Assembly: GCA_963707985.1 (NCBI GenBank)
Contig: CAVPRW010000030.1
Coordinates: 32,001-96,000, forward strand
Length of the DNA stretch: 64,000 nt
DNA from: an uncultured Nitrospinota bacterium
GTDB lineage: Bacteria > Tectomicrobia > Entotheonellia > J063 > CAVPRW01
Direction of reading: 5' to 3'
Numbering within the stretch: position 1 is the first letter of the stretch; the number at the start of each line of letters is the position of its first letter. Position numbers and translations under genes: made by a program. The notes under the pieces were generated by a model, which saw nothing but the letters and a program-made list of their open reading frames with translations, did not search any database and was not told where the DNA came from. Shown here in pieces: positions 1 through 10,376 of this stretch.

Positions 1-68
1 TATGTGACGCAGCTCCAAGATTTCGTGGAGATCTACAGCATCCTCCGCGCCAGATAGGAGGCATCCTC

Positions 69-390
69 ATGGCATTGGATAACGGCACGACATTGGGACG
101 GGAGCTACTGAACGCGCTAGAGGCTGTCACCGGCCTCATTCCAAAGGCTACGTCTATTCAAGACCTAAACGAACTTGCGAACAACACGCGCAAGGCTCAT
201 CGAGCAGATCGGGACGCTCGTCGACACGAACCTCAACCGCGCCAGTCAAGAATATCGTGCAGCCACCAGTGGTCTTCTGGAAGCCTCGGCATCGATACGC
301 AGCGCGATCAGCGGCATGGAGAGTGTCGCCAAGGCGGTGGAGACGCTCGCCAAGACACTCGACCTGGTCGCGCGGCTGATGGCAGCGTAG
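69..390 (+). pseudogene. Small helical hypothetical protein, frameshifted near 180
   Basis: AGGAGG RBS before ATG 69. The ORF 69 N-terminus continues naturally into the frame of ORF 175..390 (amphipathic helices, ends LVARLMAA). Confidence 0.45.
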
Positions 391-728
391 AGGTTTCCAA
401 CAGCCTCATCCGGAATTTTCGGCACGGCACCATGACCGAGCTGGGATATCCCTACCGCGGGATGAAGTAACCAGTCTTGGAAGAGGTCACGATACGTACC
501 TGCCTTCACGTCTTCGATAGTCCATCCATTCAGGGCTGCATCCAGGGCGGCGGCAACAGCGTTCTGCAAAGCGCGTGTCTGCACGGGCGACCGGAAGCGC
601 TCGCGCACTTGCCTTCTGGCGGTGCTCAACAGGCTACTGACGAATTGAGCCACGAGACCACCACTGGCGCCATCAGCCGTTAAGAAGTATTCTCGCCATG
701 CCGGTGGTAAATTTATGAACCAGTCCAT
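246..728 (-). pseudogene. N-terminal fragment of a hypothetical (possibly STAND/TPR-type) protein
   Basis: Plausible helical N-terminus MDWFINLPPAW..., then the frame runs into antisense of the + gene. No motif recognised. Confidence 0.25.
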
Positions 729-841
729 GGATGGAGAGTGTTAAGAACTAGAGTGATAGGTAGCACAACTCTCTTGAGAAATCAATGAGACAGAGAGATG
801 AATAGGGTTAATATCTCTCTGCAATTGAACACTCTCAACAG

Positions 842-1120
842 CTATTCTGTCCACATACAGATGGAATAAATAGAACTGATTAAAGAAGAGGTATATGTCT
901 GAGTATTTCGGAGCTGCGCGAGGATGGCCAGCGACGCCGTGGCCACGTTGCGGAGGTCTGGGGCCTGCACGATCTGCTCGATACAACATTGGCACCGATC
1001 GAGGTGCTGGTCTACGATGAGCTCATGGTCCATGGGGTTCCTCCTGATGATAAAGAGTCAGGCATAGGGTTTCATCAGGATACGCCATGGACCACCCACC
1101 TACAATTCAAAGGCACACCC
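842..1120 (-). mobile_element. IS remnant (ISKra4/ISLre2-like): terminus plus transposase N-terminal fragment
   Basis: GGGTGTGCCTTTGAATTGTAGG terminus on the minus strand at 1120. RBS plus MDHELIVDQHLDRCQ ORF is truncated into AT-rich DNA. Confidence 0.4.
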
Positions 1121-1124
1121 TCCC

Positions 1125-1328
1125 ATGCTCGGATCCAAGTCGTTTGAAGTGGCCTACGACACGTTGATCGGGATCGAACTCAGACACATGATCAAAAAAC
1201 GGCAGTTAGAGGAGGGAAATGAGGGCCTCACGGCAGCCGAACTGTTCTACTCCCTGGCCGCCGAATCACCCCACCGACTGGGTCGACTCACCCCAAATCG
1301 TCTACACGCAAACATTTGCGACAAAGCC
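1125..1328 (+). mobile_element. IS6-family 3' remnant
   Basis: MLGSKSFEVAYDTLIGIELRHMIKKRQL resembles the IS6 C-terminus (GFKSF..A..TL.GIE..HMI.KGQ). Ends in ATTTGCGACAAAGCC, an IS6-like IR. Confidence 0.7.
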
Positions 1329-1670
1329 GTTTCAGGAGAAGAAGGTGGGTTGGTCTGCCGTCCTCGCAAACCCACGGATGCCGGTGACCAGCACCTTATT
1401 CGACCAAGCCCATCACGCCATCGAGCGCAAGTTCTTCGCGATGAAGGGCTTCCATCATCCAAGAGGCAAGCAACAGGAGTGTCTGACAGGGCTCGCACAC
1501 GTGTCTACCCTCATGCCTTATCAGCGTCGAGCCCAGCACGCCGGCCACTGCGCGGTAGAGGTGGAAAGCGGACGGGTGCCCCGGTAGACTGGTTCCTCAA
1601 TCTGCAGATCCTCACCTCAGGAGGCTTCCGATGAGCGGTGACAGGCTCCACCACTGAGGGTGGTGGAATG
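1329..1670 (+). mobile_element. Transposase C-terminal remnant (degenerate)
   Basis: TSTLFDQAHHAIERKFFAMKGFHH...PYQRRAQHAG resembles DDE transposase C-termini. It abuts the IS6 end. Confidence 0.45.
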
Positions 1671-1899
1671 TAGAAAATCGGTTGATTTTTTCCTACTCCA
1701 GGTTCATGCTGGAATATTATGAACATGCATTGCCATGGCCTATGCCGGAAGCTTGGCTCTGTGCTGTGCGACCGCTTCAACCTGCGCTGAAGTCTATGGC
1801 ACTTTAACCCTCAGGATGCCATCTTGAAACATTCTGCCACATGGCCGCACGTCTTACCGGCTAATCGGTGCTGGTGGCTACGCTTGGCAACCATGGGGC

Positions 1900-2290
1900 C
1901 ACGATGACAGGAAGCGTTGGAGATCGTGCCAGCGGACCCAGTGCGACGCTGGTGTCGACAGGGATGACAGCACGGGCTGAGACGGCGGGGCAGGCGGCAG
2001 GGGCCAGCGCGGCCTGTTATGGCTGTGCACGCACGCGCCCTGATCCGACGGATGAACCGGGAACATGGACGTTGGGGGGTACCTCATCTCCACGGTGAAC
2101 CGACGAGGATCGGCGTGTGTGTCTCACACACGACCGTAGCGACGTCGAGGGCCCCACGACCCGATCCGTCTTCGCACCCACGGTCGAAGGGCATTGGGTC
2201 TCATCTACGATCGGGCGTTGGCGCGCGACGACCTACCTGGAGCGAGCGGTCCACTGGCCAAGCCACAGGCAAGCGCGAGTCGTGGCATGA
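1900..2290 (+). mobile_element. Degenerate rve-type (integrase core) transposase fragment
   Basis: ALIRRMNREHGRWGVPHLHGEPTRIGVCVSHTTVA matches the LIRRM.RENP.WG.PRI.GEL.KLG..VS.TTV motif. Confidence 0.55.
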
Positions 2291-2448
2291 TGAGACGGGC
2301 AGCAGGCGTTTCTGGTAAGGGCAGCGTCGTGCGATGCAGGTTTAGTTGGATGGCCTGGCCAGCTTCATTACACGGTGAAGACCACGGCGGTTGGTGGAGA
2401 AATTTTCGGCAATGTTTATACCTGGGTGGCACGAGCAGGAGGGCTGTG

Positions 2449-3750
2449 ATGGCGACCGAGAGCCAGAGTGTGGCAGCGATCAAGAACCTGGTCGATGTTG
2501 AACGAGGGTTGGTGAGCCGGCGTATTTTCATCGAAGCAGAGATCTACGAGCGGGAGTTGGCGCAGATCTTTGCGCGCTGCTGGCTGTTTTTATGTCATGA
2601 GAGCCAGATCCCCCACCCCGGCGATTTCTTCAGCACCTCGATGGGCGAAGACCCGGTGTTGGTGGTGCGGGACAGCCAGGGCCGCGTCCACGCCTTTCTT
2701 AATGTGTGCCGCCATCGCGGGAACCGACTTTGTCGGGCCGATGGGGGCAACGCCGCGACCTTCACCTGTGCCTATCATGGCTGGACCTATGGCAACGATG
2801 GGCGGCTGGTGGGGGTACCCTCTCTCAAGGAGGCCTATTATGGAGAGTTGGACCGAGCGCGGTGGGGGTTGATCCCTGTGGCGCAGCTGGACAGCTACAA
2901 GGGGCTGCTCTTTGCCACCTTCGATCCCACGGCACCGCCGCTCTTGACCTATTTAGGGGAGGCGACCTGGTACCTGGACACCTTCTTTGATCGCCGCGAG
3001 GGCGGCATCGAGGTGGTCGGCGGGGTGCACAAGTGGGTCGTCCCCTGCAACTGGAAATTCCCCGCGGAAAATTTTGGCGGTGATGCCTACCATGTGCCCT
3101 GGAGCCACATCTCGGCCATCAAAACGGGATTCAGCGGGGATTTTCGTCTTCGTCCCACCTCCGGTGGCATGATGCTGTCGCCTGGCAATGGCCATGCGCT
3201 GATCACCATCGGCCCCCACGAGGTGTCTGATCCTCCAGTGCCCGACATCTTAGCCTACGAGGCGGAGATCCGCCCGGAAGTCGAGAAGCGCCTGGGTTCC
3301 CGGTATGGCCGGGTCAATCCCATTGTGGGGACGGTATTCCCCCACTTCTCTTTTCTCCGCGCGTCCTCACGCACCTTCCGCGTCTGGCACCCGCGGGGAC
3401 CCGACAAGATTGAGCTCTGGTCCTGGATCTATGTGGACAAGGCCGCCCCTCCCCACGTCAAGGAGGCCATTCGGCTGGCGGGGGTGCGAGGCTTCAGCCC
3501 CTCGGGCACCTTCGAGCAGGACGACATGGACAACTGGCAGGAGTGCACCCGCACCGGCCGCGGGCTCGTTTCCCGGCGTTATGCGTTGAATATGCAGATG
3601 GGGTTGGGCCATGAGCACTTCGACGAGGGCCTCCAGGCCTGGGCCAGCGACTACCGCTTCAGCGAGAGCAACCATCGGCAGTTCTACCGGCGCTGGGCGC
3701 AGCTCATGGCGGACGAGAGCGGGGTGGAGGACTCGAGCCCTGGCTGCTGA
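2449..3750 (+). CDS. Aromatic ring-hydroxylating (Rieske) dioxygenase alpha subunit
   Basis: Rieske CRHRG...CAYHGW; catalytic NWKFPAENFGGDAYH..SH and EQDDMDNW; AGGAGG RBS before ATG 2449. Confidence 0.95.
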   Translation: MATESQSVAAIKNLVDVERGLVSRRIFIEAEIYERELAQIFARCWLFLCHESQIPHPGDFFSTSMGEDPVLVVRDSQGRVHAFLNVCRHRGNRLCRADGGNAATFTCAYHGWTYGNDGRLVGVPSLKEAYYGELDRARWGLIPVAQLDSYKGLLFATFDPTAPPLLTYLGEATWYLDTFFDRREGGIEVVGGVHKWVVPCNWKFPAENFGGDAYHVPWSHISAIKTGFSGDFRLRPTSGGMMLSPGNGHALITIGPHEVSDPPVPDILAYEAEIRPEVEKRLGSRYGRVNPIVGTVFPHFSFLRASSRTFRVWHPRGPDKIELWSWIYVDKAAPPHVKEAIRLAGVRGFSPSGTFEQDDMDNWQECTRTGRGLVSRRYALNMQMGLGHEHFDEGLQAWASDYRFSESNHRQFYRRWAQLMADESGVEDSSPGC

Positions 3751-3779
3751 GCGCTGCCGGGGAAGGGAGGTGGGCTGGT

Positions 3780-4154
3780 ATGCGCGAAGCGATCATCCGT
3801 GAGGTGGACCTGGCGAAGGACGACGAACTGGCGATCCTCGATGAGACGAAAGAGACGCTGACCAGGCGCATCGCACGCCTCGAGACAGGCATGGCCTGGG
3901 CTGAAGACCCGCCGTCTCGTACCCGTCACCTGGTCTCCAATATTGAAGTGGAGCCAGGACCAAGCGAATCCATGCTCAAGGTGTACTCGAACGTCCTCGT
4001 CTACCGAAATCGGGGGGAGACCGAGCAGGACTTCTATGTGGGCGGGCGGCAGGACGTCCTCAGGCAGGTCAACGGCATCTGGAAAATCGCCCGCCGTACC
4101 ATCGTTCTTGACCAGAACGTGCTGCTGGCCAAGAACGTCAGCATCTTCTTTTAA
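3780..4154 (+). pseudogene. Ring-hydroxylating dioxygenase beta subunit with internal in-frame deletion
   Basis: Has AWAEDPPSRTRH, GRQDVLR, WKIARRTIVLDQNVLLAKN but only 124 aa. The conserved FLY.EA.LLD...W...YWMP block is missing. Confidence 0.8.
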
Positions 4155-4252
4155 TCTATGGCGTGTGATGGCAAGGAGACGGGCGGCAATGGCCAGGCAG
4201 ACGCCATTGTGGGTGGTGAAGTATCGGCTGGCGCAGTGAGCACCTCTACGAG

Positions 4253-4510
4253 GGCATTGTCGACTTAACTGCATCCCTCTATACAGCCTCAGCCCAGTGT
4301 GGCATACGCGTCCCTCAACCATCGCTCCTCGTGAGAGTAAGCACTTTCAGGAAGTGGTGCCACACGTTCGGCCAATCGTATGCGAATGAACTCCGGCGTC
4401 GGCGTCCCAGACCCGGAGACACACGGCACCTGGACGAGGTGTTGCTGACCATCCATGGGGCACGGCACTACCTCTGGCGGGCTGTCGACCAGGACGGCCA
4501 CGTGCTGGAT
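4253..4510 (+). mobile_element. IS6-family 5' remnant
   Basis: GGCATTGTCGACTT IR-like start; RKWC..FG..YANELRRRRPRPGD..HLDEV.LTI.G..HYLWRAVDQDG.VLD. Confidence 0.8.
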
Positions 4511-4591
4511 TTAGGGGTAGCTGCTTATGGCCCCTGGCAGCCCCATTGTGGTAGTCAAGAGGCCAAGGCAGCCTTCGGCAAGGGGCAAGGG

Positions 4592-4909
4592 ATGCGACGT
4601 GACGTCAGCAACGTTCTAGCCTGGGCGTGCCTTGTGACGGGCCTACTCGCCGTGCTGATTGTCGTTGGTTCGTGCCGGTTGTCGCGGTTTGACCCAGCGC
4701 TCATGGCCTATACCTGTGCCTCGCTCTTCGCAGTGTTCGGTATCCCCGGGCGCTATGCCGTGTGGTTGCAACGGCCACTGACAGCGCGCTTTTGGAAGCG
4801 CGGCTGGCCGGTGTTTTTCCGGCGTGGGCATCGCGGGCGGAACCTTGGCCTCTGGGGCAAGCGGGTTACGGGTGAGGGCATGCCACACACGTCCGACCCT
4901 GTGATGTAG
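4592..4909 (+). pseudogene. Membrane protein N-terminal fragment
   Basis: Hydrophobic segments with FDPALMAYT and RYAVWLQRP; truncated. Confidence 0.35.
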
Positions 4910-6140
4910 GCGGCCTACCAGGCCTTCATCTCGTACAGCCACGCAGCTGACGATCAGCTCAGTCCGGTGATTCAGTCAGCGCTGCAGCGCTTCGCGAAGG
5001 CCTGGTATCAGCTCCGTGCGATGCGGGTGTTTCGAGACCAGACCGGCCTCTCGGCGAACCCCGCGTTGTGGGGATCGATTGAGAAGGCGCTGGCGAGTTC
5101 GGAGTACTTTCTGCTGCTTGCGTCGCTGCAGTCTGCGCAATCGCACTGGGTGCAGCGCGATCCCCGACATTGCCGCAACGGTGCGCGATATTCCAAAAGA
5201 CGCGCTCGACGGCGAGGACGTACGACAGCATCGGCGGACGCGAGTGCTCGCCACGGCGATGGTGCTGGACATTCTGGCCTTCGCCGTCGTTGCGACGTGG
5301 CAGGCATACGTGGCCACAGTGCAGCGCGGCATTGCGACGGCTCAACGTAACACCGCGCTCTCGCGTCTTCGGGCCGTGCAGTCGCTGAAGAGCGCCACTG
5401 ATCCGCTTTCGCATCTGGACCTGGCGCTGCTGCAAAGTGTCGCAGCGTACCGCATTCAGCCGACCGCCGAATGCGCGGCGCAGCCTCGTCAGCGCCCTCA
5501 TGGAGACGAACCGCGTGAAGAAGTTCGTCCACGCGTCGGGTACGCTTGTGAGCCTCGCGCTCAGTCCTGATGCGAAGACGATCGCCACCGGCGACAGTAT
5601 GGGCCATCTGGTTCTCTGGGACGCAGGAACGCTGCAGCAAACATCGAATCTGGAGAACGGCACGGACTTCGTGAACAGCCTCTCGTTTAGTCCGGACGGC
5701 CGCACGCTGTCCGCCGCCGACAGCAAGCAGGTGGTGTTGTGGAATCTTGCGGGGGAACGAGCCACAAAAGGGCGCACGCTGCAGGGGAAGAGGGGCCTGA
5801 CGAACCTGGCATGGAGTCCCGATGGCACAACGATCGTCACCGCGGGCGACGATCCCGCGATCACCCTGTGGGATGCCACAACCAGCCAGCGGCGCCGGAC
5901 GCTCGAGGGTCGCAGCCGAACCGTCACGTCTCTTGCGTTCAGCCGTGAAGGATCGCTCCTGGCCTCGGGAGGGGACGATGGGACGATCACTCTAGGACAC
6001 AATGCGCAGCGTTGTTCGTACAACGCTCAAGCGATATCAGGATCGAGTGGATAGCCTCGCATTCAGCGAGGACGGGAGCACGCTCGCATCGGGAAGCCGT
6101 AACAGTCTGATCGTGCTTTGGGACGTCACGACCCCACTGA
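4910..6140 (+). pseudogene. TIR-domain + TM + WD40-repeat protein, fragmented
   Basis: AFISYSHAAD...RVFRDQTGLSANPALWGSIEKAL..SEYFLLLAS...SHWV is a TIR_2-type domain. WD repeats (SLAFSPDG..LAS, ITLWD) lie in several frames. Confidence 0.8.
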
Positions 6141-6183
6141 GACGCGTGTCCGACCAGGACCCCTCTCGAGAGAAAGGCGCACG

Positions 6184-6753
6184 ATGCATCCCATCACCGA
6201 CGTGCAGACATTGTTTCGGTACCAGCGCGCGATCCGGACCTTCGCCGAGGAAGACGTCCCGGACGACCTGATCAATCAGGTCTTAACCGCCGCGATCCAC
6301 GGGCCTTCGGGCTCTAATACCCAGCCCTGGCACTTTATTGTGATCCGCGACCCGACCGTGAAGCACGCGCTCAGTGAGGTATACGAGGAGGCGCGCGCCG
6401 CGGGCCCGATGCCGTCTGCGGGTGGCGTGCGGCAGCCCTTGGCAGCGGCGCCCGTCCTGATCGTCGCCTGTGTCAACACCCCCGCTTCCGGCCGCGCCGG
6501 CTTCCAGACGGGCGCCTCGATCTACCCCAGCGTGCAGAATCTCCTACTGGCGGCCCGAGCCCTCGGGCTCGCGAGTGTCCTCACGACGCTGCACCGCCGT
6601 CGGAAGGCACGCATCCACGAGATCCTCGGCATCCCCGACTATATCGAGACCGCGGCGATCATCCCGCTCGGCTGGCCCGACCGGGACTATGGCCCGAACC
6701 GGCGGCCACCCCTGGCACAGTTTGTGATGTACGACCGCTGGACCGGCACATAG
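6184..6753 (+). CDS. Nitroreductase family protein
   Basis: RAIRTF; APS-like GPSGSNTQPWHFIVI; QNLLLAARALGL; IPLGWP. Confidence 0.9.
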   Translation: MHPITDVQTLFRYQRAIRTFAEEDVPDDLINQVLTAAIHGPSGSNTQPWHFIVIRDPTVKHALSEVYEEARAAGPMPSAGGVRQPLAAAPVLIVACVNTPASGRAGFQTGASIYPSVQNLLLAARALGLASVLTTLHRRRKARIHEILGIPDYIETAAIIPLGWPDRDYGPNRRPPLAQFVMYDRWTGT

Positions 6754-6756
6754 GTC

Positions 6757-6797
6757 CTATATGGATTTGACATCATATGGATTACATGCCATATTGA
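6757..6797 (+). promoter_or_regulatory. Putative TA promoter/operator
   Basis: TTGACA flanked by two ATATGGATT direct repeats, with CATATT downstream, immediately before toxin GTG 6802. Confidence 0.5.
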
Positions 6798-6801
6798 ACG
6801 C

Positions 6802-7166
6802 GTGAGCTGGGTTGTTGAAATCGGCGATGAGTTTGAGCCGGAGTGCGACGCGCGGCACGAGGAGGTGTAGACGGAGATTCTGGCATTGTCGCGCCTTCTC
6901 CAGCGGTTCGGACCGCAGTTGGGGCGGCCCCGCGTGGACACGCTGAAGGGGTCCCGCCACGCCAACATGAAGGAGCTGCGCTGTCGTGCGGCCGGCGGCG
7001 AATCGGGAGTGGCCTTCGCCTTCGATCCGATGCGCAAGGCGATCCTGCTTGTGGCGTGGGATACATCAGGTGGCAGCGAAAGATGCTTCTACCGGGAGCT
7101 GATCCGGAAGGCCGACGATCGATTCGACACCCATCTTGCCCGGCTGAAGACGGGGAAGGACATAAC
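6802..7166 (+). pseudogene. RelE/HigB (Gp49-like) toxin pseudogene
   Basis: GPQLGRPRVDTLKGSRHANMKELR...AFDPMRKAILLVA. In-frame TAG at 6868-6870, and its own stop is lost so it reads into the antitoxin. Confidence 0.85.
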
Positions 7167-7167
7167 C

Positions 7168-7518
7168 ATGCCTGTCAACGTGGATGAAAAGATCAGAACA
7201 CTGAGCCCCGCTCAGCGCAAGAAGGTCGAGGCCCGGGCGGAGGAGCTGATGGCCGAGGAAATGACCTTGCGCGAGCTCCGGAAGGCTCGCAAGCTCACAC
7301 AGGTCCGCATCGCCAAGGTGCTGGGGATTACCCAGGACAGCGTGTCGCGCCTCGAAAAGCGCAGCGATCTCCTGCTGTCGACACTACGGAAGACGGTCGA
7401 GGCGATGGGTGGGAAGCTCTCGCTTGTGGCTGAATTCCCCGACCGCCCGCCGATCGTGCTGTCCGGCATCGCCGAAGATGATCCGGCGCCCAAGCCGGGC
7501 CAACGGGAGGGCACGTGA
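7168..7518 (+). CDS. XRE/HTH antitoxin (HigA-like)
   Basis: LRELRKARKLTQ..IAKVLGITQDSVSRLEKRSDLLLSTL HTH; intact. Confidence 0.9.
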   Translation: MPVNVDEKIRTLSPAQRKKVEARAEELMAEEMTLRELRKARKLTQVRIAKVLGITQDSVSRLEKRSDLLLSTLRKTVEAMGGKLSLVAEFPDRPPIVLSGIAEDDPAPKPGQREGT

Positions 7519-7818
7519 GAGAGGACGCCATAAGCGAACCAGGCATTCCTCACATATTGATTCTTAACGATCTGAATCTCCTCCGCGTGTCCTGCCCCGT
7601 CGGGAATCACCTGTTGCAGGACACTCTCGAAGATCCATGTGTTCAATAGGTGACGATCTGCATTGCATCTCATCGCACCGTCCCTTCTGTTCCCCCGGAT
7701 AGGGCGCATGCAAGCGCATCGCGCCGGCTGGTCTGTGGCCCTGTTCCAGGAGGGGGGGCGGAGGGACATTCTGGAGGGCTGCGGGGTGCCATCTCCTCGT
7801 ACCCCCGGAAGGAGGCGT

Positions 7819-8719
7819 ATGCCTGCTGTGACCGTTTCATCGCGAGTTGCCGGCCAACATACCGACGATGGTGATGGCGTTTGGGGGCTGGATCGATGCG
7901 GGTGAGGCGGCGACCGGCGCGCTGCGACACCTCGTGCACCACCTCGCCGCGCCATGTCTCGCCTCCCTGGAGCCTGAGGAATTCTTCGTGTTGACCCAGG
8001 CACGGCCGGTCGTGCAGAGGACCGCGAATGGCCCGCGTGACGTGCAATGGCCGCAGAGCGAGTTCTTTCTGTGGCAGCCGCCCTCAGGACGCGCGGGTCT
8101 GCTCTTGTTTTGCGGGATGGAGCCCCACCTGAAGTGGCGCACCTATGCGCAGCTCCTGCTGGACGTCGCCGCGCAGTGCGGGGTGCAACGGATCGTCTCC
8201 CTGGGGGCGCTGTTAGCTGAGCAGCCGCATACTCGGCCGGCACGGGTCACGGGACGCAGTACGGACCCGACATGGCAGGCACTGATCGAGGCCTGGGGGA
8301 TGTCTCGTCCGTCACGGTACCAAGGCCCGACCGGCATGGCCACGGTGGTCTTAGAGGCGGCGACGCGGCGCGGCATAGCCTCGCTCGCCTTGATGGGGCA
8401 AGCGTCGCATTATCTGCAAGGGACGGAGAATCCTGCGGTGATCCAGGCGCTGCTCACGGTGGTGACCCGTGTGCTCGACCTGGGACTGGATGTGGCGCAC
8501 TTCGATGCAGCCGTTCAGCGGTTTCGCGCCCAATGCGATCAGGCCGTGGCGCGTGATCCTGCCGTCCAAGCCCATATCCGGCAATTAGAGCAGGACTATG
8601 ACGCCACGGGTGGCGGGGCGCAGCCCGCGCCCCAGGCGGACGCTCCCCACTCGGCGCCGCTGATCCAAGAGGTCGAGGACTTCTTGCGCGACGAGCGAGA
8701 GGGGAGAGGTGAGGTCTAA
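7819..8719 (+). CDS. PAC2 family (proteasome assembly chaperone-like) protein; +1 frameshift near 7835
   Basis: AFGGWIDAGEAAT, GMEPHLKW, LGALLAE.PHTRP, YQGPTG. AGGAGG plus ATG 7819 is out of frame by one extra T (GTTTCAT). Confidence 0.85.
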
Positions 8720-8973
8720 ACCGGGGGTGTCCCCCTCCACGCATGGCCACGACCTCCTTGACGCTGGTGGGGCATTCCGCCGACTCGCCTGAACCTCTCC
8801 TCAGGCTGTCACCTGCGACGGGCCAGGCGGCCGACATGCTCGACGTATCAGATCCGGATTTGGGCTATGAGGCGGCAAAATTGCCGTATCAGGAGCGCCA
8901 ACAGCGGATGAGATCCACCTCTCGATCAGGGCTGATGAGAGGGTGATGTGGAAGTATTTTTATCTACTCAATC

Positions 8974-8980
8974 GTTAGCC
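8974..8980 (+). other. Cassette core site GTTAGCC (possible attI-like site)
   Basis: Exact complement of GGCTAAC at 9581-9587. Preceded by an AT-rich tract with no attC-like hairpin. Confidence 0.55.
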
Positions 8981-9016
8981 AGACAGCCCAAGCAGGGCCA
9001 TGGAAGATACGTCACA

Positions 9017-9586
9017 ATGCTGTCGATCGATCTTCGAGGACCGCGATTGCGCGTCCGGCGCGCACAGCCCGAGGACGCCGTGGCGTCGTACCGCTGGTTT
9101 GCCGATCCAACCGTAACGGCCTACCTCCCGCTCGCGGGCAAGGGCGCGCTCCCGTTGGAAGAAATCCAGGCGTACCTGGCCCGGGTCGCGACGACGGACC
9201 GGCCCGAGGTGGCGATCGGCATCGATCTTGTGGGTGACGGGCCGATCGGTTGTGGTGGCTTTCGCAACTTCGAAGCGGACGCCGCCGAGCTGAGCCTCAT
9301 TCTCGGTGAGCCATCCGCGTGGGGGCAGGGGCTCGGGGCCGAAGCGTTACACCTCCTGCTGACGTTCGCGTTCGAGCAGTTGGTGTTGGCGCGGGTCTGG
9401 CTCGTCGTGCGCGCGGACAACGCACGGGCGGTCGGGCTCTTCAAGAAATTCGGGTTCGTCGTCGTCGAGCGGCACAGGGGGGTCGTGATCAGTGACGGCA
9501 CGCCACGCGACAAGTTCCGGATGGAACTTCAGCGCGAGGCCTGGCACGAGGCACGACGCAGCTCGACGCAGACACGGGCCGGCTAA
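9017..9586 (+). CDS. GNAT acetyltransferase (RimJ/RimL type), integron cassette
   Basis: WGQGLGAEAL...VRADNARAVGLFKKFGF. Stop codon lies inside GGCTAAC. Confidence 0.9.
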   Translation: MLSIDLRGPRLRVRRAQPEDAVASYRWFADPTVTAYLPLAGKGALPLEEIQAYLARVATTDRPEVAIGIDLVGDGPIGCGGFRNFEADAAELSLILGEPSAWGQGLGAEALHLLLTFAFEQLVLARVWLVVRADNARAVGLFKKFGFVVVERHRGVVISDGTPRDKFRMELQREAWHEARRSSTQTRAG

Positions 9587-9666
9587 CCAACGAATGGAGC
9601 CGTCGCGCCCACGTGTCTCGTGCCATCATGTCGCCGAGGCGCGCGGCTCATTCGTGAACGTTGGAA
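9581..9666 (+). repeat. attC site
   Basis: GGCTAAC...CGAATG(G)AGCCG / CGGCTCATTCG...GTTGGAA imperfect palindrome with an extrahelical base. Confidence 0.85.
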
Positions 9667-9678
9667 GGACAAGACAAA

Positions 9679-9895
9679 ATGCTGGGCCTTCGATACGGCA
9701 AGGAAAGACTTGAGCCTTACAATCCGGCATGGGTGGGCGCTTTTGCTGAAGAGCGAAGGGGCCTTCTTGAGGCCCTATCTGGAACGGCGTGCCAGGTGGA
9801 ACATGTGGGTACTACAGATGTGTCCGAGTTGTGTGCGAAGCCAATTCTGGACATTGCCATTGGCATTGCGGTCGGCACACCCATCGAGCCTATTG
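9679..9895 (+). pseudogene. GrpB family protein (truncated cassette)
   Basis: PYNPAW...F..E; VEHVGTT.V..L.AKPILDI GrpB motif; broken after ~70 aa. Confidence 0.75.
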
Positions 9896-10146
9896 TAGGT
9901 CCTAAATGGGGATTGGGAAGTGACCTTCCGGGAGTGGTATCCGGGGTCCTGTGCGGCTCCCCAACACATGCCGGCGTGACCCCCCAGAATCAAACGCTCT
10001 CCACGGTGCACGCTCCGACCGGCGGGTGGCGTTCCGTCAACTACAGACGCCTGCAGTCGTGCTCATGGGGTGCGTGAGACAGACGGACGTCACCATCCTC
10101 AGCACGCCCTCACGCCGCCTTCACCAAAAGTGCGTAAGATCCCAAG
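9896..10146. mobile_element. Degenerate IS remnant interrupting the GrpB cassette
   Basis: Abrupt break of GrpB; ends in TGCGTAAGATCCCAAG, an IS-like terminus. No intact transposase. Confidence 0.35.
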
Positions 10147-10376
10147 TAATTCTGAAAGTTACACTGGAGGGTACACGGCAACCAATCGTGTCAAAATGGG
10201 CCACTCAAACAATTGAGGCCCTCTGACACTGGAAGCCATCCACGACGGCCAACTCTGTGTAAAATCGACCTATTCGATGAATTTGGCCCGATTTCGCACA
10301 GTTGGTTGCCATCTACGTTCATGGCACAATTGCGTGCGTTACCTTTGTTCTATTCATTTGAACTACGATATCCTGG

